A DNA stretch of 13,283 nt from Octopus sinensis (Eukaryota), in NCBI RefSeq assembly GCF_006345805.1, contig NW_021826176.1:1-13283 (forward strand). Direction: 5' to 3'. Within the stretch, counting starts at the first letter, position 1, and each line of letters opens with the position of its first letter. A program made the position numbers and the translations under genes. The notes below the pieces were generated by a model. It did not search any database. It had not been told where the DNA came from and worked only from the letters and a program-made list of their open reading frames with translations. Of the stretch, positions 1-8,110 are shown piece after piece.

Positions 1-37
<37 letters not shown>
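1..37. repeat. (TA)n microsatellite, runs off the left edge
   Basis: Pure TA dinucleotide run. Confidence 0.98.
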
Positions 38-40
<3 letters not shown>

Positions 41-203
41 GCATTTATGAGACAAAGTATAAATAATGATTATTACATATTTTTCCTTTATCGAGCGAAT
101 TTGGCTAAGCTGTTTCTAGTGGTCATTATTGATACGTTATTCATTGGCTACTCAAGAGGTCTATTGATCAGTTGAAAAAAACTGAATGACGACTTAAAAG
201 GAT

Positions 204-415
204 TTATATATAATATATGTGTGTGTGTGTATTATGTGTATGTATATATATATATATGTATATGTATATATATATACATATATATATATAAGTATATATA
301 TGTATATATATATGTATGTATACATATCTGTATGTATGCATATATTATATACTATATATATGTATATGTACGCATTATCATACTAGTATATATATATACA
401 TACTACATACATACA

Positions 416-490
<75 letters not shown>

Positions 491-640
491 GCACGTATGC
501 ATTTATTATATACTATATATATCTATATGTACGCATACATCATATACTATATATATATATATATAAGCTTGTATGTATACATATCTGTATGTATGCATAT
601 ATTATATACTATATATATATGTACGCATATATCATACAGT

Positions 641-679
<39 letters not shown>

Positions 680-740
680 CATGTACAGATGTTTGTGTAT
701 ACTTTTACATATATAGATATAACACGTGTAAATATAATAT
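204..740. repeat. Compound microsatellite: (TA)n, (TG)n, (TACA)n, (CA)n
   Basis: Read directly; source of the low-complexity I/Y/H/T ORFs 221..838 and 316..750. Confidence 0.95.
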
Positions 741-954
741 ATTATATTGACTCTTTTGCTGACTCTTGTTATTGGATTGTGGCAATGCAATGGTGGGGGT
801 GCATCTTTCCTGATTTAATCGATAGAAATCTACCCTAGCATAATTTTTGCTATTAGCCCTTTACTTATTTGATTCATCTCTGATTTTTGGAGCCGATTGG
901 AAACTGTACATAAAGTGGATCTTACGCTAGTGTATACATTAGCACTAACCACAT

Positions 955-1060
955 ATGCGCGCGCGAGTGTGTGTGTGTGTATGCGTGCGTTTGTTGCAAC
1001 TCTCTCGCACACACAGCCACACGTACACACTCACGCACACATACATAATACATACGGACA

Positions 1061-1096
<36 letters not shown>
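955..1096. repeat. Compound (GC)/(GT)/(CA)/(TA) microsatellite
   Basis: Read directly. Confidence 0.9.
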
Positions 1097-1142
1097 CAGT
1101 TAGTTCAATTTGACAACTCCACTAGAAAGGACGAAAGCGCTT
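1097..1142 (+). ncRNA. Truncated minimal hammerhead-like motif (U3-A8 core variant)
   Basis: TTGACAA (1110-1116), c-TCC-actagaaa-GGA-c, GAA (1133-1135), palindromic AGCGCT (1136-1141), T1142. The 10.1-11.1 pair is a C-C mismatch and stem I is only 2 bp. Confidence 0.4.
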
Positions 1143-1176
1143 ATATATGATATATGATATATGATATATGATATAT
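1143..1176. repeat. (ATATATG)n heptamer repeat
   Basis: About 4 tandem copies of atatatg. Confidence 0.9.
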
Positions 1177-1250
1177 AAAAACATGTAATATACAAATAAA
1201 TATCTGTAAATATAAAACCATCTGAATTTCTGAGTACCTCATTTCTTCTA

Positions 1251-1252
<2 letters not shown>

Positions 1253-1286
<34 letters not shown>

Positions 1287-1385
1287 TATATTTATAAATA
1301 AATAATAAATATATATATATATATATAATATATATATATATGATATATATATATGTGGGTGTATATATATATATATATATATATA
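1253..1385. repeat. Interrupted (TA)n microsatellite
   Basis: Read directly. Confidence 0.95.
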
Positions 1386-1397
1386 TGGTGGCTTTTG

Positions 1398-1525
1398 CAT
1401 AGTTTCCTTGCATTAAATTTCACTCACAAGGTATTGGTGAGCGCAAGGCTATGGCGGCAGACCGCTCGCACAACATGCCCTGCAATGGGACTGAAACCAG
1501 TAACCACGTGGTTGTAAGTCGAATT
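1398..1525 (-). mobile_element. SINE family B, diverged 5' (tRNA-like) half
   Basis: Colinear with 8354-8492 (catagtttcc...aaatt(t)cactca...ggctat...tgg(g/a)actgaa...aaccacgt) and reverse-complementary to the head at 7860-8005. Confidence 0.75.
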
Positions 1526-1537
1526 TCGAAAGGCTCA

Positions 1538-1541
1538 AACA

Positions 1542-1572
<31 letters not shown>

Positions 1573-1592
1573 GGGGACACACACACACACAC

Positions 1593-1623
<31 letters not shown>

Positions 1624-1700
1624 GCATGTATTATATATATACAGTATATATGTACGTATATATATACTATATATGTATACGTATAGTTATATATATATAT
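1538..1700. repeat. (CA)n followed by degenerate (TA)n
   Basis: Read directly. Confidence 0.93.
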
Positions 1701-1704
1701 GCCA

Positions 1705-1775
1705 GTGGTTAAGAACTTTGCTTGAAACCCACGAGGCCCTTCGTTTGATTTAAGCACATGGTAGTTTCAGCAAAT
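1705..1775 (+). mobile_element. Possible very old SINE-B head remnant
   Basis: gtggttaagaactttgctt resembles tggtaagaagcttgctt at 7871; only about half of positions match over the next ~50 nt. Confidence 0.35.
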
Positions 1776-1964
1776 ATATGTATGTATGTATGTATGTATA
1801 TGTAATACTTTTGGTCTGTAACATTTTACAATTTACGTACGAATAGTATGAACGAAGTAGGGTAACCCACCATACGCACACACAGGCACGCATAAATACA
1901 TACATATACATACAAACAGACTCATGTATATCCATAGGAACATTTTACTTGTAGATGGTCGGTT

Positions 1965-2240
1965 GGTGTGGTAGAAATAGCAGTCGAATCATCCTTAATT
2001 CATAACTAACCTTCAGAAGATGTCACATCGGCAATGTAGCCATAGTTATATAAAACGATGGGATAGAGAGATAGTCACACCTCATGTAAAATGTTTGTTC
2101 GATTACGGCTGATCTGGTGTTAAACAGCAACAACGACAAGGACAAGAACAACAGCAACAATCTCGTCATCATTATCATCAACCACAACAACAACAATGAT
2201 AATAACAACAACAACTAATTCAGCAACAGCAACAGCAAAA
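1965..2240 (+). mobile_element. SINE-like family C, 3' part with (AAC)n-type tail
   Basis: Shares tagaaatagcag (1972-1983) and aacgatgggat (2054-2064) with 2368-2472; ends gctgatctggtgttaaac then an AAC/AAT-rich tail. Confidence 0.6.
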
Positions 2241-2278
2241 AGAAACTCAAATACGGATGCAGTTGTATTATATAATGC

Positions 2279-2280
<2 letters not shown>

Positions 2281-2316
<36 letters not shown>
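2281..2316. repeat. (TA)n microsatellite
   Basis: Read directly. Confidence 0.95.
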
Positions 2317-2318
<2 letters not shown>

Positions 2319-2364
2319 ATAACACGGGAAATATAGCGAATGTAGAGAAGACACCTCGATGACC

Positions 2365-2558
2365 TACTAGAAATAGCAGCCTAATCTTTATGAAATCATA
2401 CCATATTATCTTAAAATAGGACACGTTTGATAATGAGGAACTTATACTCTGATATAAGTAGAACGATGGGATGGCAGATCTGGTATGCGTTTGATCAGAT
2501 ATTTGCTTAATTAAGGTTGGTCACACGGGATGGCCACTGTTGGAATGCCTTTAAACAT
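2365..2558 (+). mobile_element. SINE-like family C, second copy with internal duplication
   Basis: Same landmarks as 1965-2130; gggatgg...tgg(t/a)atgc(g/c)ttt occurs twice (~2468-2488 and ~2528-2552). Confidence 0.55.
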
Positions 2559-2604
2559 ATATATATATATATACATGAATGTATGTATTTATATACGTAT
2601 ATAC

Positions 2605-2635
<31 letters not shown>

Positions 2636-2645
2636 TGTATGTATG
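2556..2645. repeat. (TA)n + (TATG)n microsatellite
   Basis: Read directly. Confidence 0.95.
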
Positions 2646-2759
2646 TCTTACTTTCTATCACTTTCTACAACAGCAACAGCCACAACAAAATCAACTATAA
2701 CAACAATGGCATTAAACGACGGGGGTTTAGAAAAATATGCAGGCCTCCAAAAACGGTAG

Positions 2760-3065
2760 CGTAAGCCTACCTACCTTACGTTGATCAGGAGATCCGGTGG
2801 GTAAAAAAATGCCTCCTCACAAAAAACCTTGGCTCGACAATTTGCGTGAAAAGCCTTTTAACATCAACTGAAAAGCATTTGTGAATTGTCTCTCCACTTA
2901 GCGTTTTGTTGGCGCATTAACCACGCCCATCTCGGCTATCCAGTGCTTCTCATTCGCTCATTGTGTGACTTTCGGCACGCGCATCGTCTGCAGCTGCCAA
3001 TATGGCCGACTGTTTGCTAAGGCCAAGCCCACTTTTGCCTGCCTTCCTCCATTATTAGTGTTTGC
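2760..3065. promoter_or_regulatory. Candidate CpG-rich cis-regulatory or promoter-like island
   Basis: Non-repetitive, about 16 CpGs; CCACGCCCA (2921-2929), CAGCTG (2991-2996), CCAAT (2997-3001), YY1-like AATATGGCCG (2999-3008). Motifs are short and could be chance. Confidence 0.25.
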
Positions 3066-3084
3066 GTTAAGATACTATTTTTGT

Positions 3085-3830
3085 TGCTGCTGGTGTTCTT
3101 GTTGATGATGTGGATTTTTCTCCCCCCTTCCGTGTTAAGATTAGCAGGTGAATGGAGTTATTGCTGTTGTTCTTGTTTTTGTTGCTGTTGTTGATGGCGG
3201 TGTGATGAGCGGTGTGCGAGAGTGATTGAGAGTGTTTTGATTTCGCTGTCGAACTATTGTTGTGGTTGATGATGTTGCCTGGTATGTATTGGTTGTTACA
3301 ATATTTGTATTGTGTGATATTGTTGTCATACGTGATGATAATATCGTATGATAGATTTTGTAATGATGTTGATATTGTAGTTGTTGTTAAGCTGTTTGGT
3401 GTCATAATGTTGATGCTTTTATCATAATGTGTTCAATTCTTAGATATTATTGTTTTACATAATGTTAATGATAGTGTTTGTTATTTATACTTAATAGAAA
3501 TATTGTTTGATATTATTGTAATATCAAACAATGTTGATATTGTAGTTGTTGTTAAGCTGTTTGGTATCACAACGTTGATATCGTTTTCATAATGTTCATC
3601 TTGTTAGATATTGCTATAAATAATGTTAATAATATTGCTTGTTATTAATGGTATACATAATATAAATATTGTTTGATATTGTTGTAATAATAGTGATCTT
3701 TTAGTTGTTGTTAAACTGTTTGATATCATAATATTCGTGATGTTTTCATAATGTTTATATTGTTTGTTATTTATGATATACGTAATGTAAATACTGCTTG
3801 AAATATTGTCGTAATAATCCTTTCTATTAT
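3085..3830. repeat. Degenerate TTG/ATT-rich satellite with three ~160-165-bp units (3366-3830)
   Basis: tagttgttgttaa at 3378, 3543 and 3702; aaatattgtttgatatt at 3498 and 3664. Confidence 0.85.
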
Positions 3831-4188
3831 AGGCACAAGGCCTGAAAATTTTGGGGAAGGGGCCAGTCAATTAGATCGACTCCAGTACACAACTGGTACT
3901 TAATTTATCTACCCTGAAAGAATGAAAAGCAAAATTCGACTCAGAACGTAAAAACAGACAAAATACCTATTTCTTTACTACCCACAAGGGGCTAAACACA
4001 GAGAGGACACACAAGGACAGGCAAACGGATTAAGTCGATAATATCGACCCCAGTGCGTAACTGGTACTTATTTAATCGACCCCGAAAGAATGAAAGGCAA
4101 AGTCGACCTCGGCAGAATTTGAACTCAGAACGTAGCGGCAGCGAAATACCACTAAGCATTTCGCCCCGGCGTGCTAACGATTCTGCCA
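3828..4188 (-). mobile_element. SINE family A dimer (two body segments, one tRNA-like head)
   Basis: Body motif tcgacccc/gaaag/aaaggcaaagtcgacctcggc/gaactcagaacgta/gaaatacc occurs twice; junction aaatacc|tatttcttta at 3967/3968; head ends near 4188. Confidence 0.9.
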
Positions 4189-4189
4189 C

Positions 4190-4490
4190 TTTCGTAATGT
4201 TTGTATGTTGTCGTTTCATAATGTTGATATTTTTGATATTGTTATAAATGTCAATATTGTTATTGCTATTGTTATCATAATGTGCATATTGTTTGATATT
4301 GCTGTAATAATGTTGATATTATAGCTGTTGTTACTGGGCTTTTACGTATCTCAACGTAGTTCTATCATTAAGTTTTTCTTGGTTTTTATGATAATGCTGA
4401 TATTGTTTTTATAATGCTTATATTGTTTGATATTGTTATCATAATCTCGACACTGCTTGATGTTGTAATGTTGATACTGTGATTGTTGTT
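4190..4490. repeat. Degenerate cataatgttgatattgtt-type low-complexity matrix
   Basis: Same sub-motif as 3366-3830; also at ~6178-6310, ~8495-8590, ~8915-9020. Confidence 0.75.
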
Positions 4491-4492
4491 TA

Positions 4493-4675
4493 TGGCGACG
4501 ATCAGAAAGAATCCTCAGTGCGGTGGGTAAAATGCTTAGCGGCATTTCGTCCATCTTTATATTCTGAGTTCAAATTCCGCCGAAGTCGCCTTTGTCTTTC
4601 ATCTTTTCAGAGTCGATAAATACGTACCGTCTGAGTACTGAAGTTAATGTAATCGACTTATCCCACCATCAAAAT
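4493..4675 (+). mobile_element. SINE family A, diverged copy
   Basis: aaatgcttagcggcatttcgtcc...ttctgagttcaaattccgccga...tttcatc...gtcgataaa, colinear with 9244-9455; B-box-like agttcaaattcc. Confidence 0.88.
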
Positions 4676-4935
4676 GCTTATACTAGCAAGCTCACTTGCT
4701 GTACTGTGCTGGGGAAACATTTATAGAATTGATTTGCTTCTTGCAAGATGTATAAACATGACTAATGATAACTAATCAACCAACTTTATTAATCCTCTCA
4801 AATATATAATATGAAACTATGTTTAACTTCAATCCTTTGTTATTTCAAAAGCATGCAAACTTAAATCATAAACCATATAATCACGCAACTAACCCTCACT
4901 CTCTGAAACTACTGGCCTTTTACCAAAATTTGAAA

Positions 4936-4947
4936 TCATCATCATCA

Positions 4948-5015
<68 letters not shown>

Positions 5016-5045
5016 ATTATTATTATTATTGTTGTTGTTATTATC
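4936..5045. repeat. (TCA)n(TTA)n trinucleotide repeat
   Basis: Read directly; source of the poly-L and poly-I ORFs. Confidence 0.97.
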
Positions 5046-5071
5046 TTAATACAATATATTGTGATACTGCT

Positions 5072-5275
5072 TTTAAATTTTGGCACAAGGCCAGCAATTT
5101 CGGAGGAAGGAGTAAGTTGATTACATCGATCCCAGCTGGTACTTATTTTATCGATTTCGAAGTGATGAGAGGCAAATCAGCCTTGGCGTAATTTGAACAC
5201 AGAATGACGTAAAGTCGGACGAAATGCCGCTAAGCATATAGTCCTGTGTGATAACGATTCTGCTCGCTCGCCGCT
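5072..5275 (-). mobile_element. SINE family A, full length
   Basis: Tail ttttaaattttggcacaaggcca is identical to 9021-9043; head ...taacgattctgctcgctcgccgc. Confidence 0.88.
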
Positions 5276-5599
5276 TTATAATATATTATTATCAGATCTT
5301 TAACGGTGGCACAGATGATAGTTGAAGGTTAATTAATTTTGTTGATTAATGACATATTTTAAATTTAGCGAATCAGCTTCAGCGTTGCATTTTATCCCAC
5401 CATTGGTCTGCAAGAAATATTTACAATATTCAGTTCAATAACTGATCCAACACATCATTTGTGTATGTGTAGATACAAATTATGTAAAAGAAGTTTATAC
5501 AGGATCAAGGGATCACCAACTGACTGTGATGCATCAAAACCCAAGTAACATATTGAGCCAATACGACAACAACAGGACTGTAAACTTCGGAATATATCT

Positions 5600-5794
5600 G
5601 TTATTCTCAAAGGGCGTCCATATGACCCTTGGGACGGGGGTACAATAAGATTTTCTGAAAATTTAATAGTAATAAATTATTACGTTTATGTATTTGTGTT
5701 GGAAGATTCCTGATGTGAAATCGTGTGTTGAAGCAGATATTGCTATATTTGATCTTCACTTCAGCTTTATTATCATCGTTATTTTATACACTAA

Positions 5795-5868
<74 letters not shown>

Positions 5869-6095
5869 TAATAATAATAATAATAATAATAAAGCTGGAA
5901 TGAAGACCAAGTGCATGTGGTTAATTAGCAAAAAATATGACCATTCCTAAATATAACAATATATGTTATACTTGCACATTTCACAAAATATCTTAATTCT
6001 TTTTATACAATTCCTAATTATATTTAATTGAATTTTTAAACATTGAATGGCTATGAGGGTCCACCTGAGTAAAATAGGAATCAAAGGGGTCCATA
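5600..6095. mobile_element. Possible decayed non-autonomous DNA transposon (MITE-like) containing a (TAA)n tract
   Basis: Recurring ggg(c/g)gtcca motif at 5612, 6057 and 6086 around an AT-rich interior; intact TIRs and TSD not seen. Confidence 0.3.
5795..5892. repeat. (TAA)n microsatellite
   Basis: Read directly. Confidence 0.98.
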
Positions 6096-6096
6096 A

Positions 6097-6152
6097 ACTT
6101 TGTCTTTTATCCTTTCGAGGTCTATAAATTAACTATGAGCTGTGTACTGGGT
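6097..6152 (+). mobile_element. SINE family A central fragment
   Basis: ctttgtcttttatcctttcgaggtctataaatt...tactggg matches 9340-9393. Confidence 0.65.
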
Positions 6153-6349
6153 TCAGAACAGCTTCTGTATAGGATTGTTAGCTATTATTGTAATAATGTT
6201 AGTATTGTAATTGTTTTTTCTTCTTTGCTGACATAATGTTGCTGACTGGATATTGTTATAATGTTGATATTTCGACGTAATTATCATAATGAATGTTAAA
6301 TGCTGTTATATATTAAAAAAAAAATTATCCGTTGTTATTTATTTGTTGT

Positions 6350-6515
6350 AGCTCTGCTGGGGAACCGTCTTGAAAGATTTAGTCGCATAAATGAACCCTG
6401 GTGCTTATTTTAAGTCTTGGACTTATTCCATCGCCCCCTTTTACTAAAAGGTAAGTTACAGGGATGTAAACAGACCAACACATATTGTCAAGCGGTGGAG
6501 GGGAGAAACACAAAA
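6350..6515 (-). mobile_element. SINE family B, 3' half
   Basis: Reverse complement of 11560-11725 (gctgg..caccg, acttatt..atcg, taagttac.ggga.gtaaaca.acca, ttgtcaagcg), followed by a CA/TA tract. Confidence 0.8.
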
Positions 6516-6549
6516 GAAGGACACACACATACATATATACATAAACATA

Positions 6550-6735
6550 CTCCGAATGAATTAAAAGTTAACGTAATCCACAGAAATGTAATCACACGTG
6601 AAGCATTGGGGATTTTCCTTTTATTTGGACTTTTCCCTTTCTTCTTTCCGACGAAGAGCCTTGCTCGAAACGTTAAAAACTCTCTCCTTTCACCGAGCGT
6701 CAAACTAATATAATTCTTGTGCACTGCCTCACGTT
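6550..6735 (+). mobile_element. Putative Penelope-like element 3' end (pLTR relic) with hammerhead-like motif
   Basis: Begins after a CA/TA tract with PNELK (resembling the PxGLN C-terminal motif of PLE GIY-YIG domains), then CCGACGA-A-GAGC-ctt-GCTC-GAAACGTT at 6648-6674. Confidence 0.5.
6645..6677 (+). ncRNA. Minimal type I hammerhead-like motif (U4C, extra A after A9, GUU site)
   Basis: Perfect 4-bp stem II GAGC/GCTC, GAA, palindromic ACGT, T6674; stem I only TTT/AAA. Confidence 0.5.
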
Positions 6736-7124
6736 CGTTTTTTTCTCTTTTTTCTCTCTTCTCTTTTTTTATATTGTTTGTTCTTTGAATTGACTATATA
6801 TACATAAATATATAGGCTGGTCCTGTCCACCTGTCCTGCCACCCGGTCCATTTTCCTTTGCGCCAGCATACCACGCTCGTCTGGCTGCATTTGTACAATT
6901 ATTTTCCTTTTGTTGTATAACTGAAAGGCGTTTTTCAATTGTATGTGTATATTCTATTTCATAACGTTATGTTCGTTTGATAGTCGAAATACTCTATTAT
7001 TTATTTATTTATATTCATATATGTACAAAAGATTTTTTCCTTTCTATTGTATAGTCGTGTATAATTCTAGCTTCCTTGTTTTTGTTTCAGTTCCTGTTTT
7101 CTTTCTTGTACACATTCGTTTGCC

Positions 7125-7360
7125 TTTCCCATAGGCTTAATGCTTTTTGCTTAAATCCCTGGCCCCCGCCGGATTTGAGAAGCATCAGAGATAAGGGGAG
7201 AGACACTTCAGAGACATTCCGAACACAAACTGAAGAGGTTATCGGGTGCGAACGATCCGTGTATCTTGTTTTTGTCCTGTTTGCCGTTTGTCATGTTATC
7301 ATCCATTTTCCCGCATGTTGTGCTTTGATGGTTTCCGCTTGTTGTGTTCTTTCACTGATT
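7125..7360 (+). mobile_element. Putative second PLE-like 3' end with a decayed hammerhead core
   Basis: SHRLN (close to PHGLN) near 7128-7142; CTGAAGA at 7230-7236, GAAC-GATCC-GTG at 7250-7261; T-rich tail ending in (TA)n. Confidence 0.3.
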
Positions 7361-7440
<80 letters not shown>

Positions 7441-7447
7441 TATATAT
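7361..7447. repeat. (TA)n microsatellite
   Basis: Read directly. Confidence 0.97.
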
Positions 7448-7675
7448 GAAAAAACAAGTCAAAAATAGAAAATGCTAAGATACTTTTATAGTGAATCTTT
7501 CAGTACCGGTTTCGGTCATTTTGAGACCTTTTCAACTGTAACGATTAAATAATTAAATTTAGAAAAATTAGAAGAAAAGTTTTCTTAAAAGAATATTTCT
7601 ATAGTAGTGTTCAGATATAAGTAGCATTCTGCCTTTCTCTGACTCCCTTGTTTGCACTTGTGTGTTCGAGGTCGT

Positions 7676-7677
<2 letters not shown>
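7448..7677 (-). mobile_element. 5'-truncated Penelope-like element 3' end lying within (TA)n
   Basis: (TA)n on both sides; minus-strand frame ...RESEKGRMLLISEHYYRNILLRKLFF* (stop 7568-7570) weakly resembles a GIY-YIG C-terminus; hammerhead fold starts 22 nt after the stop. Confidence 0.55.
7495..7545 (-). ncRNA. Minimal type I hammerhead ribozyme, U3-A8 covariant core
   Basis: AUCGUUACAG-UUGAAAA-GGUC-UCAAAAU-GACC-GAA-ACCGGU-A^CUGAAAGAU: stem I 8 bp with one mismatch and one bulge, perfect 4-bp stem II, palindromic stem III, GUA triplet. Confidence 0.75.
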
Positions 7678-7741
<64 letters not shown>

Positions 7742-7752
7742 GTATACATATA

Positions 7753-7793
<41 letters not shown>

Positions 7794-7820
7794 TATAATA
7801 TATATATGTGTGTGAGTGTG

Positions 7821-7851
<31 letters not shown>
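7678..7851. repeat. (TA)n then (TG)n microsatellite
   Basis: Read directly. Confidence 0.97.
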
Positions 7852-7852
<1 letters not shown>

Positions 7853-8072
7853 ATCGCAAGCGTGACTGTATGGTAAGAAGCTTGCTTCCATCCACATGGT
7901 TCCGGGTTCAGTCCCACTGAGTAATACCTTGTGTCTTCTATAACCAAGTGTCTTCTATAACCACGGGCTGACCAGGGCCTTGTGAGTGGATTTGGTAGAT
8001 GGAACTCGTCGTTTTTGTATATATATATATATATACACGCACATATACGTATAAATATATACATATACATAT

Positions 8073-8110
<38 letters not shown>

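Noticed and set aside
221-838. Longest ORF (205 aa) and the other I/Y/H/T/C/V/L/S-rich ORFs in the track
   Set aside because: They are translations of dinucleotide, trinucleotide and tetranucleotide repeats that happen to lack stops; no domain-like content.
3366-3830. CRISPR-like repeat-spacer reading of the periodic motifs
   Set aside because: The intervening sequences are themselves homologous and low-complexity, the context is eukaryotic, and there are no cas genes.
3992-4247. ORFs 3992..4219, 4053..4247 and 8626..8868 with shared peptides such as LPLRSEFKFxRGRLCLS
   Set aside because: The similarity is only SINE-A nucleotide homology; these are not paralogous genes.
5473-5579. Candidate plus-strand exon (tgtgtag|...|gtaaac) encoding DTNYVKEVYTGSRDHQ..., or YKLCKRSLYRIK... 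in another frame
   Set aside because: Weak acceptor, no recognisable protein, no partner exons; the faint ADAR-like KLCKRSLY is too short to mean anything.
7135-7237. Candidate exon after a strong polypyrimidine tract and ccatag
   Set aside because: The donor GTTATC is poor, the peptide is unrecognisable, and T-rich repeat tails easily mimic acceptors.
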